A stretch of 64,000 nt of DNA from an uncultured Gemmatimonadales bacterium (GTDB taxonomy: Bacteria; Gemmatimonadota; Gemmatimonadetes; Longimicrobiales; Longimicrobiaceae), in NCBI GenBank assembly GCA_963716255.1, contig OY970303.1, positions 8,064,001-8,128,000 on the forward strand, written 5' to 3'. The number at the start of each line of letters is the position of its first letter. Positions within the stretch are counted from its first letter, which is position 1. Positions 9,386 to 18,329 of the stretch are shown piece after piece. The notes under the pieces were generated by a model. It saw nothing but the letters and a program-made list of their open reading frames with translations, did no database searches and was not told the origin of the DNA. A program made the position numbers and the translations under genes.

Positions 9386-10851
9386 CCGCCGACGTCCTGC
9401 ACCTGGCGCTGGTGCGGCTGGAGTGGGCGATCCTCGTCTACTTCCTGGCCGTCAACGGCTGGTACCTGCTCCTGCTGTGCAGCGCCTCGCTGGAGATGCG
9501 CGAGTACGTGCTGTCCGTGCGCGGCGAGGGGCGCTGGCGGCTGCTGGGCTCCCGCGTGGCGCCGCGCATCAGCATGCTCGCCCCGGCGTACAACGAGGCC
9601 GCCACCATCGGCGAGAGCGTGCGCGGGCTGCTGGCGCTCTACTACCCGGACCTGGAGGTGGTCGTCGTCAACGACGGCTCCAAGGACGATACCATCCGGG
9701 TACTCTCCGAGCAGTTCCAGCTGGTCCCCGTGCATCCCATCTACCCGCGGTGGATGTCGCACCAGCCGGTCCGCGGCCTGTACCGCTCGCGCACGCACCC
9801 CAACCTGCTGGTGGCGGACAAGGTGAACGGGGGCAAGGCGGACGCGCTCAACGCCGGACTCAACCTGGCCACCGGCGAGCTGGTGTGCGCGATCGACGCG
9901 GACACGCTGATCGAGCCGGACGCCCTCCAGCGCCTGGTGCGCCCCTTCCTGCGGTCGGAGGGGGTGGTGGCGGCGGGCGGCACCATCCGCATCGCCAACC
10001 AGGCGGTGGTCAAGGGCGGGCGCGTGGTGCAGGCGCGCGCGCCGCATCGCCCCGTCCCCGGCTTCCAGGTGGTGGAGTACCTGCGCGCCTTCCTCTTCGG
10101 GCGGCTGGGGTGGAACCGGCTGGGCGGCAACCTGATCATCTCGGGCGCCTTCGGGCTCTTCCGCCGCGACGCGATGCTGGGCGCGGGCGGCTACCTGCAC
10201 GACACGGTGGGCGAGGACATGGAGATGGTGCTGCGGCTGCGGCGCCTGGGCTACGAGCGGGGCGGACCGCGCCGCATCGAGTTCGTCCCCGACCCGGTGG
10301 CGTGGACGGAGGCGCCGGAAACGCTGCGGGTGCTGGGGCGGCAGCGCGACCGCTGGCACCGCGGCCTTGCCGACGTGCTCTGGCGGCACCGCCGCATCAT
10401 GCTCGCCCCGCGCTACGGGGCCCTGGGGATGGTGGTGTTCCCGTACTTCGTGCTGGTGGAATTGCTGGCGCCGCTGGTGGAGGCGGTGGGGCTCCTGGGG
10501 ATGGTGCTGGGGCTGGCGCTGGGGGCGGTGGACTGGCCGTTCGCGGCGCTCTTCTTCCTGGCGGCGTACGGGCTGGGCGCCGTGCTCACGGCGTTCACGC
10601 TTGTGCTGGAGGAGCTCAGCTTCCACCGCTACGAACGCATGCGCGACCGGGCGCTGCTGGTGCTGTGGGCGCTCTTCGAGAACCTGGGCTACCGGCAGGC
10701 CACCGTGGTCTGGCGGCTGCGGGGGCTGTGGAAGTACCTGCGCGGCCGGCGCGACTGGGGGGCGATGGAGCGGCGGGGGTTCGGCACGGCGCCGGCCGCC
10801 GGTGCCGCCGCCGCGGGTGCGCCGGACGCGCCCAGGAAGGCGGTCGGCTGA
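9382..10851 (+). CDS. Processive family-2 glycosyltransferase (PgaC/IcaA/cellulose-synthase-like)
   Basis: APAYNE, NDGSKD, NGGKADALN, IDAD, GED, QRDRW (QxxRW) and C-terminal TMs. Confidence 0.9.
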   Translation: MTADVLHLALVRLEWAILVYFLAVNGWYLLLLCSASLEMREYVLSVRGEGRWRLLGSRVAPRISMLAPAYNEAATIGESVRGLLALYYPDLEVVVVNDGSKDDTIRVLSEQFQLVPVHPIYPRWMSHQPVRGLYRSRTHPNLLVADKVNGGKADALNAGLNLATGELVCAIDADTLIEPDALQRLVRPFLRSEGVVAAGGTIRIANQAVVKGGRVVQARAPHRPVPGFQVVEYLRAFLFGRLGWNRLGGNLIISGAFGLFRRDAMLGAGGYLHDTVGEDMEMVLRLRRLGYERGGPRRIEFVPDPVAWTEAPETLRVLGRQRDRWHRGLADVLWRHRRIMLAPRYGALGMVVFPYFVLVELLAPLVEAVGLLGMVLGLALGAVDWPFAALFFLAAYGLGAVLTAFTLVLEELSFHRYERMRDRALLVLWALFENLGYRQATVVWRLRGLWKYLRGRRDWGAMERRGFGTAPAAGAAAAGAPDAPRKAVG

Positions 10852-10889
10852 GGCGCTGCTGCCGCGGCGGCGACGATGGTGGATGGAAT

Positions 10890-10921
10890 GCAGAAAGGCC
10901 CGTGAGAGCGGGCCTTTCTGC
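10890..10921. terminator. Hairpin between convergent genes, probable bidirectional terminator
   Basis: GCAGAAAGGCCCG-TGAGAG-CGGGCCTTTCTGC, 13-bp perfect stem. Confidence 0.7.
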
Positions 10922-10959
10922 GTTGCTGCGGGTGCCGGGTCGAAGCCGCGCCCTCGGGT

Positions 10960-11712
10960 TCAGGGAGCCACGGCTCCGTCCGGGCCGAGCTCCGGCGCGC
11001 CCGCGAGCTCTGCGCGCACTTCCGGCGCCGGCTCGCCGCCGAGCAGCGCAACCGCGCGGGCCGCGATCCGCTCCATCTGCTCTTCCCGCTCGCGGGCCCA
11101 GCCGGGGAGCCGCGCCGCGTTGTAGCCCAGCGCGCCGCCGCCCATGGCGACCATCATGAGGGGGAGGAACAGCGACTCCGGGAGCGTGCCGGAAAGGGCC
11201 AGGACCATGAGCATGACGACCGCCATGACCAGGCCGAGGGCGCCCACCCGGTTGAGGGCCACGGCGTTGGTCTTGGTGGTCCCCAGGCGGAGGCGGTGGC
11301 CGGTCTCGGTGGGCTCCACCCGCGCGTGCAGGTTGCCGTTGCTCCACTCGCGCAGGCCGCCGTGAGATCCGTCGCGCCCGCGGGCGTTGAAGGTCTCGCG
11401 CAGCTCCGCCACCAGCACCTCCCACTCGTGGTCGGTGGGCGCGCGCGGCAGGTCCACGGTCCTGCGCACGGAGAACGGCATCCCCAGGTCGGTGCGGCGC
11501 AGGGAGCTCCGGCGCAGCTCCAGCGCGGCGGCCGCGCCGGCGATGCGGTCCGCCGGGATCCCCACCTCGCTCCCGATGGCCTGCAGCTCCGCGAGCGTCA
11601 GCCCCTCGGCGGCGACGAGCGCGTTCGCGCCCGGGGCGGGGTGGCGCTCGCTCGCGGCCGTCTCGAAGATCTCCGCGACCTCTTCTTCCCGGTACCTTCG
11701 CTCGTCGGGCAT
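10960..11712 (-). CDS. Hypothetical membrane protein (N-terminal helical domain, two C-terminal TMs)
   Basis: RYREEEVAEIF...GLTLAELQAIGSEVGI; GAGGTG SD; GC3-rich codons. Confidence 0.8.
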   Translation of the reverse strand: MPDERRYREEEVAEIFETAASERHPAPGANALVAAEGLTLAELQAIGSEVGIPADRIAGAAAALELRRSSLRRTDLGMPFSVRRTVDLPRAPTDHEWEVLVAELRETFNARGRDGSHGGLREWSNGNLHARVEPTETGHRLRLGTTKTNAVALNRVGALGLVMAVVMLMVLALSGTLPESLFLPLMMVAMGGGALGYNAARLPGWAREREEQMERIAARAVALLGGEPAPEVRAELAGAPELGPDGAVAP

Positions 11713-12016
11713 CTCTCACCTCGGGTGGGTGGCACTCGCGCCGTGTTCCTCCGTTGAATATGGAGCCCGCACCCCGCACGTGAAAGCCGCGAGTGCGCCG
11801 CCACGCATGCGCCAGGGGAAGACGAGCAGCAAGACAGACAGCAGCCGGCGGCACCGGGTTCCACGGCGGGACAGCGTTTCCTCAGGGTTCGCGGACTGTC
11901 CTTCGCCGGATGGTAGACATAGTATACGCCAAAACTACCTCCTATCCCCTCGCCGGACGGGGCTTTCTGTTACGCTGGCGTAAACGGTGTGGCATGATTC
12001 CCACCTGGATTGCCCG

Positions 12017-13348
12017 ATGACAGACATTGCACGCTCACAACCCCGCCCGGGGCGCCTCAGGTCGATCTTGCCGCCGCCCAACCCACGGCGTTGGTCAACG
12101 GAGATCGAGTTCCTGGAGGAGATTCCTGCGGAGCTCGCAATCGCGCTGTGGCGGATGCTTCGCAGGACCCGCCTGTGGGCAGCGGTGCCGCCGTCGGCCC
12201 GGAAGAACCTCGCGCTGCCGGATGCGTCTGCGGCGGGCGAACGGCTTGCCGCCGCCTGCGCGCACGCTCCCAGGCTCCTGGAAGCGTTCGGCACCTTTGC
12301 CCTTCTCGGCCGGGAGCCGGACGCCGTCACAGCACACCAGCTCGCGCAGGCCTGCAGCCGGGTTCAGATGTGGGCGGAGGAGCGTGCCAGTTTTGACATC
12401 GCCGCTCTGTTCGCAGAAGCCGCGGCAACCGCTGATCCTGATACCCCTGCGCGAGCCTTCGACGCTGGACGTCTCTGCCGACGCGCAGACCATCATGGGC
12501 GTGCGGCAGCCTGGTACCTTCGGGCGTTCAGCCTTGCTGTTCGCCAGAAGAGCGATCCAGACGTGATCAAAGCGCTCCTGGGGTACGGGAACCTGATGAA
12601 GGATCTCGGACACAACGAAGAAGCCCGCGTCTATTACGAACGCGTGGCACGAAGAGCCGCCGGCTCGGGAAGACGCCGTCAGGCCGCCGAGGCGCACCAC
12701 TCCCTCCTCACCCTCGCGGCTGAGGCGGGCATGTACCCGGCCGCCTGCCGCCACGTGCGAAAGGCCATCGACAACTATCCTATCTACCATCCTTTCATTC
12801 CATACCTGGTGCATGACTTCGCGTATGTCCTCCTTCAGAACCGCCACTTCAGCTTCGCTTTCAGCCTACTATCCCGGCTGGTGTCCATCATTGAGGATCA
12901 GGACGCTCTGGCGATCGTCCACGCATCGCTCGCACGAGCAGCCGGGGGCATGCGAGACGTCCGACGCTTCAGAGAAGCCGAGAAGTCCACCCTATTGATC
13001 TTCGAACACCATCAAGACTACGCTCCCTCCGTATACAACTGCCTGGCTGAAGGCGCATGGGCTCTCGGCGAACTGACCCAGGCCGAGGTCTATGCGGCAG
13101 CTGCGTTGAACATTGCCCGTATCCGGAAAGACGACCCGGCAACAGTTATTGCGGGCAACATCCTCTCATCAGTGGTAGATGGCACGGCTCCGCTGAGCGA
13201 GATAGAACCTGCCGACCGGAAGCGGCTCGATTCACTCGTTCACCGCCTTATGGCTCGATTACGAACCTGGGGAGCCGCGAGCCGCAACGCACAGTCCGCA
13301 ACTCCCCACGCCGGCGTCGGGCCGGTAACCTCTTCAGAAGCGGCCTAG
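12017..13348 (+). CDS. TPR-like all-helical protein, candidate peptide receptor
   Basis: Helical repeats with TPR-like patterns (AAAWYLRAF, ALLGYGNLMKDLGHNEEARVYYERV, CLAEGAWALGELTQAEVYAAAAL); lower GC than flanks. Confidence 0.75.
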   Translation: MTDIARSQPRPGRLRSILPPPNPRRWSTEIEFLEEIPAELAIALWRMLRRTRLWAAVPPSARKNLALPDASAAGERLAAACAHAPRLLEAFGTFALLGREPDAVTAHQLAQACSRVQMWAEERASFDIAALFAEAAATADPDTPARAFDAGRLCRRADHHGRAAAWYLRAFSLAVRQKSDPDVIKALLGYGNLMKDLGHNEEARVYYERVARRAAGSGRRRQAAEAHHSLLTLAAEAGMYPAACRHVRKAIDNYPIYHPFIPYLVHDFAYVLLQNRHFSFAFSLLSRLVSIIEDQDALAIVHASLARAAGGMRDVRRFREAEKSTLLIFEHHQDYAPSVYNCLAEGAWALGELTQAEVYAAAALNIARIRKDDPATVIAGNILSSVVDGTAPLSEIEPADRKRLDSLVHRLMARLRTWGAASRNAQSATPHAGVGPVTSSEAA

Positions 13349-13590
13349 TATCCGGTACCGATCGTCGGGCCGCTTCGCTCAACCGAGCCATCGCCCAGGA
13401 TGGGCGGGTTCGTTGTAGTGCTCGATGGGGTCGTGCTGCCGACACTGGTGGTGTCCGCCCGATGGCCGGTCCCGATGGTCGGGCCGCTATCGTAGTTCGG
13501 CCCATCCGGGGAGACGAGCGACGTCTCGCCGCAGCCGCCGAGACCGAGGGCAAGCACTGCGACGGCGGCCAGGATGCGACGGTTCTGCAT
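13345..13590 (-). CDS. 81-aa exported precursor with lipobox and two SGPTIGTG(H/Y) repeats
   Basis: AAGGA SD; MQNRRILAAVAVLALGLGGC signal peptide; repeats at aa 35-43 and 73-81 (C-terminus); stop overlaps the TPR gene stop (CTAG). Confidence 0.8.
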   Translation of the reverse strand: MQNRRILAAVAVLALGLGGCGETSLVSPDGPNYDSGPTIGTGHRADTTSVGSTTPSSTTTNPPILGDGSVERSGPTIGTGY

Positions 13591-13604
13591 GGGTTCTATC
13601 CTTG

Positions 13605-13633
13605 GTTGAGGTATACAGAGTTGACACCTCAAC
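13605..13633. promoter_or_regulatory. Inverted repeat just upstream of the peptide gene SD (candidate operator or 5' UTR hairpin)
   Basis: GTTGAGGT-N13-ACCTCAAC; a GATAAT -10-like hexamer lies adjacent on the minus strand. Confidence 0.4.
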
Positions 13634-13798
13634 ATTATCCCACCCGCACGGAATCCGCCAGAATCCCCTTCTAGCCGATTCACGATCTTCATCCGCGTCC
13701 GCGCCCCTCCCTGGTAGCGGACCGGGCGGGCGTGTAAGTTTGATTCCCGCTCCGCATCGTTCCAGCCACGACACGCAAATTTTCTCCGCAACCGCGCG

Positions 13799-14260
13799 AT
13801 GAAGACCATCCTGATCTACGTCCTGCTGGTGGGGGCTCCGCTGCTGGGCCTGCTGGGGATCCTCCGCGCCGGGGAGCGCATCGTCCCTCCGCGTCACGTG
13901 GGCGGCGGGTGGGCGGTGGAGCCCACGTTCGCGGCGGCCCTCCGCGCCGCGTGCCCCGACCTCGTCTTCCCGGCCGCGGGGCCGGTGCTGGACGTGTCGC
14001 AGTCCGGCACCCGCGCGGTCCTCACGCTGAACGACTCGGCCGCCACCGCGCTGGACGCCCGGCTCGACGGCGACGCCCTGTCCGCGGCGACGGCGGAGGG
14101 CACCGCCGCGTGCGGAGGGCGGGGCCTGCGGCTGATGGCCATGCTGCGCGCCGAGCCGGATCCGCCCCGGCTGGAAGGCGCCCTGACCCTGCCGGGATGC
14201 CCCTCCTGCGCGCCGGTGCCGCTGCGCGCCGCGCGCCTCCCCGCCACGCCCGCCCGCTGA
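13799..14260 (+). CDS. Hypothetical protein with N-terminal TM anchor and 4 Cys
   Basis: Hydrophobic N-terminus; ends 6 nt before the antiporter gene. Confidence 0.75.
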   Translation: MKTILIYVLLVGAPLLGLLGILRAGERIVPPRHVGGGWAVEPTFAAALRAACPDLVFPAAGPVLDVSQSGTRAVLTLNDSAATALDARLDGDALSAATAEGTAACGGRGLRLMAMLRAEPDPPRLEGALTLPGCPSCAPVPLRAARLPATPAR

Positions 14261-14266
14261 GCCGCC

Positions 14267-16372
14267 GTGCACCTCCTCACGCTCCTGGTCCAGATCGGCG
14301 TCGTGCTCGCGGTGGCGCGCCTCGTCGGGCTCGCCTTCCGCCGCATCCACCAGCCGCAGGTCGTCGGCGAGATGGTCGCCGGCATCATGCTGGGGCCTTC
14401 GCTCCTGGGGTGGCTCGCCCCCGGCGTGTCCGCCTGGCTCTTCCCGCCCGCCAGCCTGGGCGCGCTGAACGCCATCAGCCAGGTGGGGCTCCTCCTCTTC
14501 ATGTTCCTGGTGGGGCTGGAGTTCGACACGAAGCTGCTGCGCGGCCGGGGGCACACCGCCGTGGTCACCAGCCACGTCAGCATCGTCGTCCCCTTCTTCC
14601 TGGGCTCGGCGCTCGCCCTGTTCCTGTACCCGCGCCTCTCGGACAGCAGCATCGGCTTCACCGGCTTCGCCCTGTTCATGGGCGCGGCGATGAGCGTCAC
14701 CGCGTTCCCGGTGCTCGCCCGCATCCTCACCGAGCGCAACCTGACGCGGACCCGCGTGGGCGCCGTCACCATCGCCTGCGCCGCGGTGGACGACGTCACC
14801 GCCTGGAGCATCCTGGCGGTGGTGGTCGCCGTGGTACGCGCCGGCGAGGCCGAGGTCCCGCTGTGGGTGACGCTCGCCGGCTCCGCCGCGTTCGTCGCCT
14901 TCATGCTGACGGCGGGGCGGCGCATGCTGGGGTGGCTGGGGAGGTACGCCCGGCTCCGCGGGCGGGTGACGCAGGACCTCCTGGCCGTGGTGCTCCTGGT
15001 GCTGCTGGCCTCCGCCTGGACCACCGAGCGCCTGGGGATCCACGCCCTGTTCGGCGCCTTCCTGCTGGGCGCGGTGGTGCCGCGGGAGCGCGTGCTGGTG
15101 CACGGCCTGACGGAAAAGCTGGAGGACCTGACGGTGGTGTTCTTCCTGCCGCTCTTCTTCGCCTTCACGGGGCTGCGCACCCGTTTCGGGCTGGTGGAGG
15201 GGGCGGAGATGTGGCTCTTCTGCGGGCTGATCGTGGCGGTGGCGGTCGCCGGCAAGTTCGGCGGCTCCTTCCTTTCCGCCCGGGCGACGGGGCTGGGGTG
15301 GCGCGAGGCCGGCGCGCTGGGCGTGCTGATGAACACGCGCGGGCTGATGGAGCTGGTGATCCTCACCATCGGGCTGGAGCTGGGCGTGATCTCGCCCGCG
15401 CTCTTCACCATGATGGTGATGATGGCGCTGGTCACCACCTTCATGACCACCCCGCTGCTGGAGCTGATCTACCCGGCGCGGCTCATCCGCCGGGAGCTGG
15501 CCGGCGCCGCCGATCCCGCCTCCATCCGGACCGCGCTGGTCGCCGTCTCGCTCCCTTCCGCGGGCCCCGGCCTGGTGCGCGCCGCCGCGGCGCTGGCCCC
15601 GCGCGGGGGCGGCGAGCGCATCTACGCCCTGCACCTGGACCGCGCCGCCGAGCAGCGGCTGGTGAACCTCCCGCCCCACCCGGCCGCCGCCGTCGACGAC
15701 TCACTGCTCCCGGCGATGGAGGCCGCGGAAGCGCTGGGCGTCGAGCTGCGCCCGGTGAGCTTCGCCAGCCACGCCCCCGCGCGCGACATCCTGGAGGTGG
15801 CGCGCGAGAAGGGCGCCGGGCTGGTGCTGCTGGGGTGGCACAAGCCGCTGATCGGCCGCGGGATCCTGGGCGGCACCGTGCAGGAGGTGATGAAGGGCGC
15901 GCGCAGCCAGGTGGCGGTGTACCTGGAGCGCCGCCCGCAGCCCTGGCGGCGGGTGCTGGTGCTGTACCGCGGCGGCGTGCACGACCGCGCCGCCGTGGAG
16001 ATGGGGCGCCGCATCGCCGCGGGCGGCGGGGCGGAGGTGCGGGTCCTGCAGGTGGCGGGCCCCGGGGCGGGGCAGGGCGGGGAGCCGGAGCCCGGCTGGG
16101 CCGGGTCGCTGGCCGCGGACGGCGTCGGCCTGAAGACGGTGGAGAGCCCGTCCCCCGAGGAGGCCGCCATCCTGGAAGCGCGCGACGGCTTCGACCTGGT
16201 GGTGGTGGGCGCCTCCGGGGCGTGGGGGATGGACCCGGGGGCCCTGGGGGTGCCCGGCGAGCGCCTGGCCCGCGAAACGACCGCGTCGCTGCTCATCGTC
16301 CGCGGCTACGCGCCGCTGGAGGAAGGACGGAGCGAGAAGGAGGCGGCTCGGGAAGTCGGCGCGGCGGGCTGA
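14267..16372 (+). CDS. CPA2 cation:proton antiporter (KefB/Kha1-like) with C-terminal USP-like domains
   Basis: QPQVVGEMVAGIMLGPS, TAFPVLARIL, AAVDDV, LMNTRGLMEL. Confidence 0.9.
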   Translation: MHLLTLLVQIGVVLAVARLVGLAFRRIHQPQVVGEMVAGIMLGPSLLGWLAPGVSAWLFPPASLGALNAISQVGLLLFMFLVGLEFDTKLLRGRGHTAVVTSHVSIVVPFFLGSALALFLYPRLSDSSIGFTGFALFMGAAMSVTAFPVLARILTERNLTRTRVGAVTIACAAVDDVTAWSILAVVVAVVRAGEAEVPLWVTLAGSAAFVAFMLTAGRRMLGWLGRYARLRGRVTQDLLAVVLLVLLASAWTTERLGIHALFGAFLLGAVVPRERVLVHGLTEKLEDLTVVFFLPLFFAFTGLRTRFGLVEGAEMWLFCGLIVAVAVAGKFGGSFLSARATGLGWREAGALGVLMNTRGLMELVILTIGLELGVISPALFTMMVMMALVTTFMTTPLLELIYPARLIRRELAGAADPASIRTALVAVSLPSAGPGLVRAAAALAPRGGGERIYALHLDRAAEQRLVNLPPHPAAAVDDSLLPAMEAAEALGVELRPVSFASHAPARDILEVAREKGAGLVLLGWHKPLIGRGILGGTVQEVMKGARSQVAVYLERRPQPWRRVLVLYRGGVHDRAAVEMGRRIAAGGGAEVRVLQVAGPGAGQGGEPEPGWAGSLAADGVGLKTVESPSPEEAAILEARDGFDLVVVGASGAWGMDPGALGVPGERLARETTASLLIVRGYAPLEEGRSEKEAAREVGAAG

Positions 16373-16451
16373 CGTCTGCCTGGACGCTGGCACCCGGAAC
16401 CGTGCCGGACGTATCTTCCCTTCGCCACCCGCATCTTGAGGAGACACGCCC

Positions 16452-16682
16452 ATGGCCGCCGAGCCCGCCTACCGGATCGATTTCGAGGAGCGAGACCTCG
16501 TGGTGCGCGTGAGCCGCGATGCCATCGACGCGGACCAGATGTCGCGGTTCCTCGACTACCTTGAGCTGGAGTCCATCCGCCGGCGCAGCGAGCTGTCCGA
16601 AGAGGACGCACGGACGCTCGCCGCCGAGGTCGACAGAGCTGCCTGGGAGCGCATCCGCGGCCACTTGCCGGACGGGGTTTGA
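16452..16682 (+). CDS. Putative antitoxin (76 aa, acidic)
   Basis: GAGGAG SD; abuts the PIN gene (TGA-ATG). Confidence 0.7.
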   Translation: MAAEPAYRIDFEERDLVVRVSRDAIDADQMSRFLDYLELESIRRRSELSEEDARTLAAEVDRAAWERIRGHLPDGV

Positions 16683-17105
16683 ATGGACCCGGCGCCCACA
16701 CCGGTCGCAATCGACACCAACGTTCTCTTCTCGGCCCTCCTCCGCGACAAGAGCCGCTTCTCGGAGATCATCCTTCGCTCGGGGCACACATTCTTCGTCT
16801 GCGAGAGCGTGCTGGTGGAGCTCTTCCGGCACAAGGAGCGGATCCTTCGCTCCAGCAGGCTCGGAGAAGCAGACCTCACCAGTTTGTACCACGTCCTCCT
16901 CCGGCGCCTCCACCTGTTCAGGGAAGAGCAGATCGATCCGGAACTCTGGAGCCGCGCGCACGCACTCTGCCGGGAGGTGGATGTGACCGACACGCCGCAC
17001 GTAGCGCTCACCCTCCAGATCGGCGGCCTCCTTTGGACGGGCGACAGGACCCTCCGGGAAGGCCTCGAAGCGCGGGGGTTCACGAGCTTCTTCGCTCCTG
17101 ACTGA
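16683..17105 (+). CDS. PIN-domain ribonuclease toxin (VapC-like)
   Basis: AIDTNVLFSAL, ..E.., DVTDTPHVAL, LWTGD acidic active-site residues. Confidence 0.85.
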   Translation: MDPAPTPVAIDTNVLFSALLRDKSRFSEIILRSGHTFFVCESVLVELFRHKERILRSSRLGEADLTSLYHVLLRRLHLFREEQIDPELWSRAHALCREVDVTDTPHVALTLQIGGLLWTGDRTLREGLEARGFTSFFAPD

Positions 17106-17199
17106 AGCACCCGCTCCATCCGCAACTCCCTTCGGTCTTCTCTCGCTCCTCTCCGAACCGACCGCGAACTCCCGCTCCGGGCCGGAAATCCCCGAAAAC

Positions 17200-17229
17200 T
17201 TTACACGACCGGCCCCCACCCGGTACATT
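17200..17229 (+). promoter_or_regulatory. Putative sigma70 promoter for hldA
   Basis: TTTACA-N18-TACATT. Confidence 0.4.
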
Positions 17230-17286
17230 CCCCCGCTCGTTTTCCCGGCCCCGCGGCCGGAGCCCGCACGCGCAAGCACGGCACGA

Positions 17287-18306
17287 ATGGACCGCCTGAC
17301 CCCACAGCGCCTGGACGAGATCCTGGACCGCGCCCGCGGCCTCCGCGTCGCGGTGGTGGGCGACGTGATGCTGGACGTGTACCTGGAGGGCACGGTGACC
17401 CGCATCTCGCCCGAGGCGCCGGTGCCCGTGGTGAGCGTGGACACCGAGCGCGTGGCGCTGGGCGGCGCCGCCAACGTGGCCGCCAACGTGGTCACGCTGG
17501 GCGCCGACTGCGACCTGCTGGGCTACGTGGGCGCGGACGAGCCGGGCGCGCGCATGCGCGCCGCCCTGGCGGAGCACCCGGGGGGGACGCTGAGGGCGCG
17601 CCTGGTGGAGCGCCGCGACCGCCCCACCACCACCAAGACGCGGGTGATGGCCCGCAAGCACCACGTCATCCGCTTCGACCGGGAGCGCGCCGACGACCTC
17701 CCGGACGACTGCGTGGACGAGCTGTGCGCGCTGGTCCGCGAGTCCGTGGCCGGCGCCGACGCGCTGGTGCTGGAGGACTACAACAAGGGCGTGCTCGTCC
17801 CCGCCGTGATCCGCGCCGCGCTGCGGGCGGCGGAACAGGCCGGGATCCCCAGCGTCGTGGATCCCAAGTTCCGCCACTTCTGGGACTTCGGCGGCGCCAC
17901 CGTGTTCAAGCCCAACGCCGTGGAGCTGGGCGCCGCCATGGGCGAGCCGATCCGGCCCCACGACGACGCCTGGCTGGAGGGTGCGCGCGGGCGCGCCGGC
18001 GCCCGCCACCTCCTGCTCACGCTGGGCGAGGAGGGGATGGTGCTGCGCTGCGCCTCCGGCGACTCGCTGCGCATTCCCACCGTGGCGCGCGAGGTCTACG
18101 ACGTTTCCGGCGCGGGGGACACCGTCACCGCCTTCCTGGCGGTGGCGCTCGCCGCGGGGGCGGAGGTGGAGGAGGCGGCGATCCTGGCCAACTTCGCCGC
18201 GGGGATCGAGGTGGGAAAGCACGGGGTGGCCGTGGTCACCCCGGACGAGGTGCGCGCGGCCGTCGCCGCCCGCTCACCGCGCGCCGCCGTCCCGGCCGGC
18301 GGCTGA
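17287..18306 (+). CDS. hldA: D-glycero-beta-D-manno-heptose-7-phosphate kinase (RfaE domain I)
   Basis: VVGDVMLD, RISPEAPVPV, GGAANVA, DYNKG, DVSGAGDTV. Confidence 0.92.
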   Translation: MDRLTPQRLDEILDRARGLRVAVVGDVMLDVYLEGTVTRISPEAPVPVVSVDTERVALGGAANVAANVVTLGADCDLLGYVGADEPGARMRAALAEHPGGTLRARLVERRDRPTTTKTRVMARKHHVIRFDRERADDLPDDCVDELCALVRESVAGADALVLEDYNKGVLVPAVIRAALRAAEQAGIPSVVDPKFRHFWDFGGATVFKPNAVELGAAMGEPIRPHDDAWLEGARGRAGARHLLLTLGEEGMVLRCASGDSLRIPTVAREVYDVSGAGDTVTAFLAVALAAGAEVEEAAILANFAAGIEVGKHGVAVVTPDEVRAAVAARSPRAAVPAGG

Positions 18307-18329
18307 CGACAACCGACAAGAGGAGACAA

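Noticed and set aside
5847..10626. Very long antisense or alternate-frame ORFs (e.g. 5847-8264, 6227-9184, 8278-10626; also 48383-51364)
   Set aside because: These are shadow ORFs of high-GC coding genes with Arg/Gly/Pro-rich composition and no motifs.
13345..13590. Peptide as a RiPP precursor
   Set aside because: No modifying enzymes, peptidase or dedicated transporter are adjacent, and it has a Sec/lipoprotein signal; not fully excluded if enzymes act in trans.
13591..13809. 154-aa version of the peptide ORF (13345-13809)
   Set aside because: The SD and signal peptide identify the ATG at 13590 as the start; the extension crosses the promoter region and overlaps the divergent gene.
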